A stretch of 64,000 nucleotides of DNA, from the NCBI GenBank assembly GCA_963775425.1, contig CAVZJB010000017.1:1-64000 (forward strand), written 5' to 3'. A program made the translations under genes and the position numbers. Under the pieces are notes generated by a model that saw only the letters and a program-made list of their open reading frames with translations, ran no database searches and had not been told where the DNA came from. Source of the stretch: an uncultured delta proteobacterium (GTDB lineage Bacteria; Myxococcota; UBA727; VGSZ01). Shown one piece after another: positions 18,079 through 27,692 of the stretch; the first letter of the stretch is position 1, and every line of letters starts with the position of its first letter.

Positions 18079-20496
18079 TCACTCCACCGTGAGCTCGACC
18101 GGCGGCGGCACCGGCGGGAAGAAGTCGACGAACAGGTACACCGGCGTCCCCGGCGTCGCCGCGAAGTCCACAGCGGACTCGCCCGCCGTCGCCCCGGTGG
18201 CGTCGTCGTTACATGCGAGCTCGGTCCCGCCCGCGCAGTCTCCGCTGCGGGCGTACAGCACCGTGTCGCCGCCCCGGGTGCTCGCGTGCAGGGTGCGGGC
18301 TTCGGTGACGTCGACACGGAAGATCACTTCGGGGCCCGAGAGGCCACCGCACGTGCCGGCCGTGTCCGCGTGCGCCCCCTGCCCGACGGCGTCGACGACG
18401 ACGGTGCTCGGCGCGCTCCGCAGGAGCGGGAACGAAGGGACGTCGGCGCAGGTGTCGCCGCCGGTGGCCGCCGGCACCGCTTGGCAGCGGCCCCCCTCGG
18501 GCGGGCACGTGTAGCCGAGCTCGACGGCGCACACGCCGTCGCAGCCGTCGCCGTCGAGCGGCACGGGCTGCCCGTCGTCGCACGTCTCGCCCTCCTCGAC
18601 GACGCCGTCGCCGCACAGCGGGAGCGGCGGCGGCGTGGTGGGCGCCCACTGCAGCGTGTACGCGCCACGCGCGCGGGGCGAAAACGAGTCCACGGCGACG
18701 AAGACCGTGCCGCTGCCGGCCGGCACGAGGAGCGTCTCGTCGTTGGTGGTGCTGCGGCCGTCGTCGTCGACGCCGGTGAGGCAGGAGACCGGTGGACACG
18801 AGGAGAACGCGTACAGCGCCGCGTCGAACGACGCGCGCACGGTGAACAGCGTGTCCGCGGCCGCCGGCGCGTCGAAGCGATAGAGGACCTCGGGGCCGGC
18901 GGCGCCGCCGGCGAGGCACGACGGCGGGCTGAAGGGCGCGCTCGACGGGTCGAGCGCGGCGAGGCCGCCGAGCGTGCTGCCTGCCGCCGAGCCGGAGGAC
19001 CCGCTGAGCGCCGTCGCCGCGCACGGGTCGGGGGGCGGCGGCAGCGTCGCGTCCACGCCGTACGCGACCGCGAAGCCCTCGGCGGGTGGATCGAGGGTGA
19101 GCGCGAACAGGCCCGGCGGCGAACCGGCCAGGGTGACGACGAGGTCGTCGCCGTCCTGCACCGCGCGCACCGCGCGCGGGCTCTCGGCCAGCGTCACCGG
19201 GTCCACCGCGGCGAGCGCGGCCCGCAGGGCGCCGCCGCCGGCGAGGCGCACCTCCGCGTCGCCGCCGTTCGGCAGCGAGACGAGCAGCACGTCCCGGTCG
19301 GTGCCGCACAACACACGCGGCGTGTCGAGCGTCGCGCTCTCGGTGAGGACGGTGCCGGCGGTGGCGGGCGTGGCGTCGTCGAGCTCGGCGATCGGGCTGT
19401 CGAACGCGTCGGCGGGACACGCGTGATGGACGCGCGCGCTGTACGGGCCACCGCCGCCCGCGACGCGCACGAGCACCATGCCCGCGGCGGTGGCGGCGTG
19501 GTACGGGAGCCCGCCCAGGAGCGCGCCCTCGTCGACGACGACGTCGTCGCCCACGACAATCTCGCCGCCGGAGCGGACGGGGACACCCTCGATGACGTCG
19601 CCGGCGAGGAGAGCGCCATCCACGGTCTGGACGTCCACCTGCAGATCGCCGCCCATGTGTCCGACCAGGAGCCAGTCGTCGTCGCCGGGGCACGACACGA
19701 GGCCGCCGGCGCCGGCGAGGCCGTCGGCGGTGTCGACGTCGGAGTGGCCGAGCGCCAGCGCGGTGCCCGGGGTGTCGCCGAAGCCGCCGCGGTCGAAGTC
19801 GTCGTCGACGCAGAGGCCCGCGTCGTCGAGGTGCAGCGTGACGTCGAAGCCGCCCGCGCCGAACGCGCCCGCCGACTCCGGCGTCCGCACCACGATGGAC
19901 CACACGCCCGCGGGCAGCGTGCCGACCTGCAGCAGCTCGTCGCGTCCGAGGACGTCGCTGCAGCGATCGGCCGTGAAGCCCGTGCAGTCGGCTGCGCCGA
20001 CGAACGCCACCGGATCGACGCCGTCGTCGCCGTGGATGCGCACCTCGACGCCCGCGGCCTCCGTGAGCGTGAAGCGCAGCGCGACGTCGGGCGCGGCGCC
20101 GCCCGGACCACAGGGCGCGTCGACGTCGAACGCCGCGGCGAGCGTGCTCGCGTGCACGGGGACGTCTGGGACGATGTCCTCGGTGATGTCCGCGCAGGTG
20201 TCGCCGACGACCACGGCGTCGGTGACGCCGCCGTCCTCGCTGCCGCCGTCAGGGCCGACGCCGCCGTCGTCGGGCCCGGCGTCGTCGGGCCCGGCGTCGA
20301 CGCGGCCGGCGTCCGCCGCAGGAGGCTCGCCGCCGCAGTCCCCGCAGCCGGCGAGCGCCGACAAGCCGACGGCGCAGAGCCCGGCGGCGACGAGCGCGAC
20401 CGAAGGGAGGGGCCGCGCTCGATCGGCGACCGGAGGGAGCGGCCGCGCTCGATCGGCGACCGGGGGGAGGACATCGTCGAGGAGAGGGATGCGCAC
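18079..20496 (-). CDS. Cys-rich myxobacterial-type surface lipoprotein (PPC-like beta modules and a DUF4215-type Cys repeat)
   Basis: LAGC lipobox, DAG linkers, CGDGVVEEGETCDDG...GDGC...C..E.GYTC, DTVLY...C...ELACNDD; GGAGG RBS before the GTG at 20496. Confidence 0.8.
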   Translation of the reverse strand: MRIPLLDDVLPPVADRARPLPPVADRARPLPSVALVAAGLCAVGLSALAGCGDCGGEPPAADAGRVDAGPDDAGPDDGGVGPDGGSEDGGVTDAVVVGDTCADITEDIVPDVPVHASTLAAAFDVDAPCGPGGAAPDVALRFTLTEAAGVEVRIHGDDGVDPVAFVGAADCTGFTADRCSDVLGRDELLQVGTLPAGVWSIVVRTPESAGAFGAGGFDVTLHLDDAGLCVDDDFDRGGFGDTPGTALALGHSDVDTADGLAGAGGLVSCPGDDDWLLVGHMGGDLQVDVQTVDGALLAGDVIEGVPVRSGGEIVVGDDVVVDEGALLGGLPYHAATAAGMVLVRVAGGGGPYSARVHHACPADAFDSPIAELDDATPATAGTVLTESATLDTPRVLCGTDRDVLLVSLPNGGDAEVRLAGGGALRAALAAVDPVTLAESPRAVRAVQDGDDLVVTLAGSPPGLFALTLDPPAEGFAVAYGVDATLPPPPDPCAATALSGSSGSAAGSTLGGLAALDPSSAPFSPPSCLAGGAAGPEVLYRFDAPAAADTLFTVRASFDAALYAFSSCPPVSCLTGVDDDGRSTTNDETLLVPAGSGTVFVAVDSFSPRARGAYTLQWAPTTPPPLPLCGDGVVEEGETCDDGQPVPLDGDGCDGVCAVELGYTCPPEGGRCQAVPAATGGDTCADVPSFPLLRSAPSTVVVDAVGQGAHADTAGTCGGLSGPEVIFRVDVTEARTLHASTRGGDTVLYARSGDCAGGTELACNDDATGATAGESAVDFAATPGTPVYLFVDFFPPVPPPVELTVE
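20396..20470. repeat. 30-bp tandem repeat (2.5 copies) inside a signal-peptide region; a further copy lies at 45825-45854
   Basis: GCGACCG(A/G)AGGGAG(G/C)GGCCGCGCTCGATCG, encoding PPVADRARPL on the minus strand. Confidence 0.85.
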
Positions 20497-20507
20497 GAGG
20501 ACCTCCG

Positions 20508-22460
20508 TCAGCCGTCGTGGAGGATCAGGCGCAGGCGCGCCTCGATGTCGGGGTAGACGGGCCGTTGGGCGAGGAGCGCCCGCAAGGCGTCCTCCGCCGC
20601 CGGCGCGAGGTCGTCGTCGTCGCCGGTGGGAGCGACCAGACGCGCGGCGACGAGGTCGATGAACGCGGCGGACGCGTCGGGCGCGATGCGCCCGGCGGCC
20701 GCGAGGGCGCCGAGGTCCGCGATGTCGCCGGCGCTCAGCGGGCGCGCCGCGAGCGAGCGCAGCGCGCGCGCCTGCACGTCGGCGTCGGCGTCGCCAGCGA
20801 GGTCGAAGAGCGCGTCGCGCGCGAGCGGCGTGTCGACCTTGCGCAGCCCGAGCGCGGCCGCGAGGCGCATGCGCGGATCGCGGGTCCGGGCGGCGCCGGC
20901 GATCACGGCGTCGTCGTCGGCGATGCCGGCGTTTCCGAGAGCGCGCAGGGCGAGCGAGCGCTCCGTCTCCGAGCGCGCCGACGCGAGCGCGTCGAGGAGC
21001 ACGTGGTGCCCGCGCCGCCACGCGGCGGCCGCGCTCGGGTCGTCCCCGGCCCGAGACCCGCGCTCGCCCTCCGCCGCCGCGTCCGCTGCGCGCGCCGCCG
21101 AACCGACGGCGCCGCCCAGCGCGAACATCGCGCCCCGCGTCCACGACTGCGAGGCGCCGTCGTGCGCTCGCGCCTGTTCCTCGAGGAACGCCAGCGTCTC
21201 GGGCGCGGGCTCCTCGACGAGGCCCAGGCGCCCGACGAGCAATGACGCGTCTCGATCGCCGCGCACGTCGGCGCGGGTGAGCGCGCGGACCATGGACGCC
21301 TGCGCCGCCGGCGTCCCCGCGGACGCGAGCACGTCGAGGACCAGACCGCGCCCGCGCGACGAGAAGCCGCCCATCGCATCGACGAGGGCGTCGCCGACGG
21401 CGGGCTCGAGGGCCACCCGCGCCGACGCCGCCCACACGAAGCGGTTTTCGTCGGGCAGCGCGCCGGAGCTGCCGAAGACCGCGAACGTGCGCCGCACGTC
21501 CTCGCCGTCGACGCCCGCGGCTTGCGCCTCCAGGGCGCGCACGTCCTGCGAGGGGAGCGCGCCCTGCCCCGCTGCGCCGCCGGCCGCGACGTCCTCCCGC
21601 GGGCTCGAGGGGTCGGCCGACACCAACGCCACCGGCGCGCGCGCGTCTCCCGTACCGCTGTCGACGCGCTCGAGCGTCAGCGTGCCGAACGCGCTCGCGC
21701 CGCCGGCGCCGGCGACGGTCTCGTCGCTCTCGAGGGCGACCAGGCCTTCGTCGTCGACAAACAGCGTCGTGTTGCTGTCAACGACGGCGGACGTCGCCGT
21801 CGCGCGTGGCAGGGCGTCGAGCCGGACGTACGCGGTGCGCGTGCGGGTGACGACGTTGCCGTCGCGCAGGTAGGCGGAGCGCGCGACGCCGCGCGGCGTG
21901 CGTTCATCGTCGCTCCAGCCCGCGCGGTGCTGTGGGAGCGACACGTTCGCTTCGAGCACCAGCGACCGCATCGCGTGCACGAACGCCTGGTCCGGCGGCG
22001 GCGCCCCGCGCGGGAGCGCGCTGAACACCGCCGCGACGCCGCCGTCCTCGTCGTGCGTCGCCACCAGCTCCGGCCCGACGAGCAGCGACGCGAGAGCGCG
22101 CTTGTCCGCGGCCGCCCCGAGGAGCGAGAGGCTCGCGTCGTCGACGCGCGCCAACGACCACGCCGTCCGCGCGCGCCCCGCGGCGTCCGGCTCGAGGCCG
22201 CGCACGACGACGAGGCCGTCGAGCTTCAGCGCGCCGCTCACGACGGTGCCGGCGAGCGCCGTGGACTCCGCGGCGCGCAACGACACGGTGAAGCGGCCGA
22301 TGACGCCCGGCCCGGGCCACACGCCGGTCAACGGCGGTGGCGTCGGCGCCGCCGACGGGGCGGGGTCGCTCGGCGCGTCGATCAGGACGACGGCGGCGAG
22401 GACGCCGAGGCCGACCGCGGCGATGGCAGGGAGAGGAACGAGGAGGGGACGGAGTCGCAT
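20508..22460 (-). CDS. Membrane-anchored beta-domain plus HEAT-like helical protein, resembling the vitellogenin/MTP N-terminal (LLT) region
   Basis: N-terminal hydrophobic anchor; beta-rich ~280 aa; then LDVLASAGTPAAQ, AMFALG, LRALGNAG, RMRLAAALGLR. Confidence 0.75.
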   Translation of the reverse strand: MRLRPLLVPLPAIAAVGLGVLAAVVLIDAPSDPAPSAAPTPPPLTGVWPGPGVIGRFTVSLRAAESTALAGTVVSGALKLDGLVVVRGLEPDAAGRARTAWSLARVDDASLSLLGAAADKRALASLLVGPELVATHDEDGGVAAVFSALPRGAPPPDQAFVHAMRSLVLEANVSLPQHRAGWSDDERTPRGVARSAYLRDGNVVTRTRTAYVRLDALPRATATSAVVDSNTTLFVDDEGLVALESDETVAGAGGASAFGTLTLERVDSGTGDARAPVALVSADPSSPREDVAAGGAAGQGALPSQDVRALEAQAAGVDGEDVRRTFAVFGSSGALPDENRFVWAASARVALEPAVGDALVDAMGGFSSRGRGLVLDVLASAGTPAAQASMVRALTRADVRGDRDASLLVGRLGLVEEPAPETLAFLEEQARAHDGASQSWTRGAMFALGGAVGSAARAADAAAEGERGSRAGDDPSAAAAWRRGHHVLLDALASARSETERSLALRALGNAGIADDDAVIAGAARTRDPRMRLAAALGLRKVDTPLARDALFDLAGDADADVQARALRSLAARPLSAGDIADLGALAAAGRIAPDASAAFIDLVAARLVAPTGDDDDLAPAAEDALRALLAQRPVYPDIEARLRLILHDG

Positions 22461-22473
22461 GTGATCCTCGTCG

Positions 22474-25206
22474 TCAAAAGCCGGGGAAGCCGTCGCGCTG
22501 CACGATGTAGAGCGGCTCGACGGACACGCTGTAGTCGTCTGCCCACAGCTTCTTTTCGTAGTGGAGGCCGCCCCAGGAGAAGATCGGCACTTCCGCCGAC
22601 TCCGAGAACAGGCCGAAGTCGATCTCACCGTAGGCGCGCAGGTTGCCGCCGAGCATGCCGAGCTTCATCGACGCGTCGCCCGAGACGTCGATGGCCGGGT
22701 CCACCATCCCCGTGGGGACGTAGACGTGCGTTCCCGCCGCATAGGGCAGGCTCAACGAGATGATGGTGACCTTGCCCTTCACGCCGACGTCGATCACCGC
22801 GAGGTCCACGCTCGCCGACGCGAACGCATCCACCGACGTGTACGGTGTGAAGCTCGCGACGAGCTGTTCGTTCAAGTGGTTCGCCGGGTCGGGGTTGCGG
22901 ATGCTCGTGGCGGTGTAGGTCACGCCGATCTCACCCTGGATCTTCCCCTTCACGGTGATCGGGATGCCGAGCACGGGCACCACCGTCGAGCCCTGCACGA
23001 AGGTCTGCGGCAGGCTGCGGCCGTCCATCACCGGCGCCAGCGAGCCCTGGAACACCTGCTCGGGCGGGTCGGCGTACAGCTCCTGGCCGTTCACGATGAA
23101 GTCGACGTCGACCTCCTGCATGGTCGCCTTCATCGACGCGTCGACGAGCGGCACCGACTTCCCGAACAGCGTGCCGCTCGCGATGACCTTGCCGCTGATG
23201 CTGTGGTTGAGCTTCTCGGAGTAAAACTGCGTCGGGTCGGCGGCGTCGCCGATGACGTCGAAGCCGTTGACGCCGAAGCGCGCCTCGTAGCCGAGCGTCG
23301 CACCGAGCACGTCGCTGCCGAGCGACAGGGAGTCCGACGTGCCCTTGCCCACGATCACCTTGCCGTCCGGCCCGAAGGGGCTGCCCTGGTGCGCGATGAG
23401 CTCCTGCACGTTGGCCTTGATCCACGCCGTGATGCACTTGCCGTACTCCTCGAACGCCGACGGGCTGTCCGACCACAACAGCGCCTGCCCCGCGCGCGGG
23501 CCGCCGACGTACTGCGGGTTTGTGCAGTTGATGCCGTCGGCGTTGTAGATGGGGGCGGTGGCGTTGCTCCCGATGTGGAAGTGGCGCGCGCGGATCTGCT
23601 CGATGTTGCCGTGCGTCTCCTGCACGCAGCGGCCGAAGTCGGCCTCGCGGTCGCCGACGTACAAGTCGGTCACGCGCTGCGCGAACAGCCGCGGCGACCA
23701 GTCGCAGGGGCTGACGCTGTCGACGTCGAGACACCCGGCGTCCTGTGCTTCGTGAAGCACGGCCTCGATCTGCGCGTCGAGCTTCGAGAGCTGCCAGCTC
23801 ACCTCCGTGAAGAAGTCGTGGTACACGCCGCCGCCGGCATCGCACACGTCCTGCGCGAAGGTCGTCGCCAGATATGCTTGGACCGTCTCCGGCGTCGGCG
23901 CCGACGACGACGCAAACGCGGTGCTGTTGGAGGCGATGGTCACGCCGGCCACCTGCTGGCCCGCGTTGGCGATGTCGACGCCTTGTTCATGCGCGGCGAT
24001 GGCCCAAGCCATGGCCCCCCACGGATCTTCCACCTTCTCGTAGGGGTCGTTGGGGATGCCGTCCTCGACGCTCTGCGAGCCCACACGGATCATCGCCATG
24101 TAGATCAACATGTCGTGGTAGGCCTTTTGGTAGAACGCGCGCTTGTCGAGGAGCGCCGCGAGCTTGTCCTTCAAGGCGTCCAGCGCGTAGAGCTCTTCGT
24201 CGAGGTAGCCGGCGCCGGCGAGCACGTCGCTCGCCTCCTTGTGCCAACCGAAATTCTCGTCGTGGCGCGGGTCCAACGCCAAGGTGGCGTAGAGGTCGCG
24301 GTCCTCGAGCCAGATGGTGTCGATGAAGACGCGATCGCGCCCAAGACACGGCACCACGAGCGCCGGCGCCGTGTCCTCCGTGACGTCGGGCGGCGGCTCC
24401 GCGGCGAGCGGCAGCGCAAAGAAGGCGTTCTTCTGTTGGTTCGTCGGGAACGCGATCTGCGCCGCGAACGGCGTCCCGTCGAGCTGCGACAGCGGGATGC
24501 CGTTCAGGCTGCGCGTGCCGATGGAGGACCGCAGCTCCGGCGACGCGAACGCCGCGTGGAACACCCCGCGCGGGTCGAACGCGAGCGCAGCCGCCTTCTC
24601 CTCGAACTTCGTGTAGTCGAAGTACTTCTCGTAGACGTACTCGCTGCAGGTGCGGACGCGATACGGGTCGTCGGGAGGCGTGGCGACGTAGAAGGCCCCG
24701 ACGAGCGCCTGCAGGAAGCGTTGCGTCGCCGCCTCCGACGTCGCGTTCGACGCCGGCCCGAACGCCGCCGCCTTCAGCGTGCTCGCGAACGCGAGCGTGT
24801 TGCCGCCGTGCGCGAACAGGCCGTTGTAGCTGACGGGCTGCACCCTGGCGCAGGTGCGGCCGGGCGCGTCGGGTTGGCAGTCGCCGAGCGCGAGCGCGTG
24901 CGGCGCGCCCACCCCGGCGACGCTGCTGACCGTCGACGGCAGCAGGATCTCCCGCACCGGCAGCGTCGGCGACGCCGCGTCCGCGGCCTTGAGGAAGAGC
25001 TGGTTGCAGGTGGCTTCGGGATCGACGCGGGCGCGCGCGAGCTGGATCTTGCCGCACGCCGTCAGGCGATACGCCGGGCTCTTGCACTGGGCCAGCGTCG
25101 GCGTCGCGCACTGCGCGACCTGCGGCGAGAGGACCAGCTTGACCGGGGGGAACGCCGCCGCGGGCACGGCCAACACAAGAGCGACGAGCAGTTGGAGCGC
25201 GCGCAC
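22474..25206 (-). CDS. 910-aa secreted protein: Cys-rich helical N-part and long amphipathic beta-sheet C-part
   Basis: Signal peptide MRALQLLVALVLAVPAAA; C-terminal ~290 aa of alternating-hydrophobic strands including VPVLGIPITVKG and IFSWGG. Confidence 0.8.
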   Translation of the reverse strand: MRALQLLVALVLAVPAAAFPPVKLVLSPQVAQCATPTLAQCKSPAYRLTACGKIQLARARVDPEATCNQLFLKAADAASPTLPVREILLPSTVSSVAGVGAPHALALGDCQPDAPGRTCARVQPVSYNGLFAHGGNTLAFASTLKAAAFGPASNATSEAATQRFLQALVGAFYVATPPDDPYRVRTCSEYVYEKYFDYTKFEEKAAALAFDPRGVFHAAFASPELRSSIGTRSLNGIPLSQLDGTPFAAQIAFPTNQQKNAFFALPLAAEPPPDVTEDTAPALVVPCLGRDRVFIDTIWLEDRDLYATLALDPRHDENFGWHKEASDVLAGAGYLDEELYALDALKDKLAALLDKRAFYQKAYHDMLIYMAMIRVGSQSVEDGIPNDPYEKVEDPWGAMAWAIAAHEQGVDIANAGQQVAGVTIASNSTAFASSSAPTPETVQAYLATTFAQDVCDAGGGVYHDFFTEVSWQLSKLDAQIEAVLHEAQDAGCLDVDSVSPCDWSPRLFAQRVTDLYVGDREADFGRCVQETHGNIEQIRARHFHIGSNATAPIYNADGINCTNPQYVGGPRAGQALLWSDSPSAFEEYGKCITAWIKANVQELIAHQGSPFGPDGKVIVGKGTSDSLSLGSDVLGATLGYEARFGVNGFDVIGDAADPTQFYSEKLNHSISGKVIASGTLFGKSVPLVDASMKATMQEVDVDFIVNGQELYADPPEQVFQGSLAPVMDGRSLPQTFVQGSTVVPVLGIPITVKGKIQGEIGVTYTATSIRNPDPANHLNEQLVASFTPYTSVDAFASASVDLAVIDVGVKGKVTIISLSLPYAAGTHVYVPTGMVDPAIDVSGDASMKLGMLGGNLRAYGEIDFGLFSESAEVPIFSWGGLHYEKKLWADDYSVSVEPLYIVQRDGFPGF

Positions 25207-25349
25207 GGAGGGCCCCCTTCGCAGGTAGGGCTCACCGTTTCATCGCTCGTGCCACGAACGAACGGCGGTGGGATGGGCCCGCGCGCACGCGGCCTGTTGC
25301 GCCTGGCACAGGCCGCGCTCGAGCCCACACACCGTGCGTGCCGCGGCGG

Positions 25350-25991
25350 TCAGCGCGCCGGGGCGTCCGACGAGCCGGGCAGCCGCAGGTCGGCCTTGCG
25401 CGCCGCGGCGAAGCGATCGGCCACGTCGTCCCAGTTGAACACGTTCCAGATGGCCTCGAAGAACTTGGCCTTCTCGTTTTTGTACTGGAGGTAGAACGCG
25501 TGCTCCCAGGCGTCGATGACGAGCAGCGGGAGGCTCCCCTGCGCGACGTGCGACTGGTGATCGTGGACCTGCACGGTGTTGAGCCGCTGCGCGAGCGGAT
25601 CCCAGACCAGCGCGCCCCAGCCCGATCCCATGATCGTCGCGGTGGCCTTGATGAGCTGGGTCTTCATCTTGTCGAAGGAGCCGAAGTCCTTGGTGATGGC
25701 CGCGGCGAGATCGCCCTTGGGCTCGCCGCCCGCCTTCGGCGCGAGGTTGCGCCAGAAGATGCTGTGCATCACGTGACCCGAGATGTGGAACGCGAGCGCC
25801 TGCTCGATGGCGCCGATGGCGGCGAAGTCGCCCTTGTCGCGCGCCGCGGCGAGCTTCTCGGTGTTCTCGTTGGCGCCCTTCACGTAGGCGGCGTGATGCT
25901 TGTCGTGATGAAGCTTCATGATCTCGGCCGAGATGTGCGGCTCGAGCGCGGCGTAGTCGTAGGGAAGATCGGGGAGGACGTACTGGGTCAT
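25350..25991 (-). CDS. sod: Fe/Mn superoxide dismutase
   Basis: LPDLPYDYAALEPHIS, HHDKHH, HSIFW, GSGW, DAWEHAFY. Confidence 0.96.
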   Translation of the reverse strand: MTQYVLPDLPYDYAALEPHISAEIMKLHHDKHHAAYVKGANENTEKLAAARDKGDFAAIGAIEQALAFHISGHVMHSIFWRNLAPKAGGEPKGDLAAAITKDFGSFDKMKTQLIKATATIMGSGWGALVWDPLAQRLNTVQVHDHQSHVAQGSLPLLVIDAWEHAFYLQYKNEKAKFFEAIWNVFNWDDVADRFAAARKADLRLPGSSDAPAR

Positions 25992-26075
25992 GGGGATTCT
26001 CCGTCGATGTTTGTGAACCGATTGGCACGGCAGCGGGGAACCAGCAAGCTGGATTTGGCGCACCCTCGGTTGGCG

Positions 26076-26750
26076 TCACTGACGGACCACCACCTCGGGT
26101 GACGGCGAGAGGAACCGTTCGAACCATTGCCGCGCGAGGTCGGCGACGCGCTCGAGGGCGCCGGGCTCCTCGAACAGCCTCGTCGCGTGCGGCACGACGA
26201 CGAGCTGCTTGTGCGCCTGCAAATGATGCATCGCGCGCTCGTTGAGCGTGACAACGACATCGTCGTCGCCCCCGACGACGAACAGCGTCGGCGCGCGCAC
26301 GAGGTGGAGCGACTCGCCGGCGAGATCGGGGCGGCCGCCGCGCGAGACGACGGCCTGCACCTGCTCGGGGCGCTCCGCCGCGACGCGCAGGGCGGCGGCG
26401 GCGCCGGTGCTGACGCCGAAGACGCCGAGGGGGAGCTCCGCCGCCTCGGAGCGGGCGACCCAGGACACGCCGGCGAGCAGCCGTTCGGTCAACAGGGCGA
26501 CGTCGAAGCGGAGGTAGCCCGAGAGCGACTCCTCGTCCTCCTCCTCCTCGGTGAGGAGGTCGAGAACGAGCGTCGCGTAGCCCGCCTCCTGCAGGACGCC
26601 CGCGACGAAGCGGTTGCGCGCGCTCCTGCGGCTACAGCCCGTGTCGTGCGCAAAAACCACGACGCCCCGGGCGCGCGTGGGCAGCGTCCACGAGCCCGCG
26701 ATGGCGCCCCGCTCGAGGGAAACCGTGACCTCACGCTCCAAAGCTCTCAT
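26076..26750 (-). CDS. Dienelactone-hydrolase-like alpha/beta hydrolase
   Basis: GVSTGAAAAL, VSRGGRPDLA, APTLFVVGG, LFEEPGAL. Confidence 0.85.
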   Translation of the reverse strand: MRALEREVTVSLERGAIAGSWTLPTRARGVVVFAHDTGCSRRSARNRFVAGVLQEAGYATLVLDLLTEEEEDEESLSGYLRFDVALLTERLLAGVSWVARSEAAELPLGVFGVSTGAAAALRVAAERPEQVQAVVSRGGRPDLAGESLHLVRAPTLFVVGGDDDVVVTLNERAMHHLQAHKQLVVVPHATRLFEEPGALERVADLARQWFERFLSPSPEVVVRQ

Positions 26751-26903
26751 CGTGCCTCCGCTCTCGCGCGGAGACCTTCACCCGGCGTGCCACCGACGCG
26801 GCGCAGATGGAGCACACGCCCCTCCCGTCGAGGAGGAAGGCGACACCGTCCCCTGCGGCGCGATGAAAAACGACACCACCCGACGATGCTACGCTCCGCA
26901 CCC

Positions 26904-27653
26904 ATGGCGGACATCGGTGCTCCACAAGACGAAGCAGCGGCGCTCGCGCAGCACCGCGAGGCGCGCATCAAGCGGCTCGGCGCCGGCGACGGCTGGCTCT
27001 CCCTGGTCGAGCGCGTGATCCTCGACGAAGGCGACAACGCCGTCGACGGCGGCAGCGCCTTCCTCGACGGCGGCCGCGTGACTTTGAAGCTCGGCGCGGA
27101 CACGCACGTGTGGCAGGCGGGCGACCCGGGGCCGGGCCCCTTCTTCACGCACGGCGCGCGCCGCTACGAGCTCCTGCGCCAGGGGGGCAAGGCCGCCGTG
27201 CGCGTTCGTGACCCGAAGAGCCCGACCCTCGCGCGCTTTCGTGGCGTCGACTTCTTCCCCGGCGATCCGCGCTACCGCGTCCAGGCCCGGGTCACCGGCG
27301 CGCCGAAGATCATCACCCTCGCCGTCGGTCTCGGCGCCGACGTCGACCACCGCTGCCCCGGCACGCTCACCTTCACGCTCGACGGCAGGGAGCTGTCCCT
27401 CGACCCCGTCATCGAGGACGACGACACCTTGTTCGTCATCTTCAAGGACCCCACCAACGGCAAGAGCACGTACGGCGCCGGCCGCTTCCTCTACACGCCG
27501 CTCCCGGACGCAGACGGCCGCGTCGTCCTCGACTTCAACCGCTGCTTCAACCCGCCGTGTGCCCTCACCGAGCACGCGTCGTGTCCGGTGGTCCCGCCGC
27601 AAAACCGCTTGCCCGTCGAGATCGCCGCGGGCGAGAAGTACCCGCTCCCGTAG
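26904..27653 (+). CDS. DUF1684 family protein
   Basis: GWLSL, FKDPTNGKSTYGAGRFL, LDFNRCFNPPCA...CP.PP..N.L...I.AGEK. Confidence 0.9.
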   Translation: MADIGAPQDEAAALAQHREARIKRLGAGDGWLSLVERVILDEGDNAVDGGSAFLDGGRVTLKLGADTHVWQAGDPGPGPFFTHGARRYELLRQGGKAAVRVRDPKSPTLARFRGVDFFPGDPRYRVQARVTGAPKIITLAVGLGADVDHRCPGTLTFTLDGRELSLDPVIEDDDTLFVIFKDPTNGKSTYGAGRFLYTPLPDADGRVVLDFNRCFNPPCALTEHASCPVVPPQNRLPVEIAAGEKYPLP

Positions 27654-27692
27654 CGGGCGCGCCGGCGCTTCGCCGCGCCGGGCGAGCCCCCG

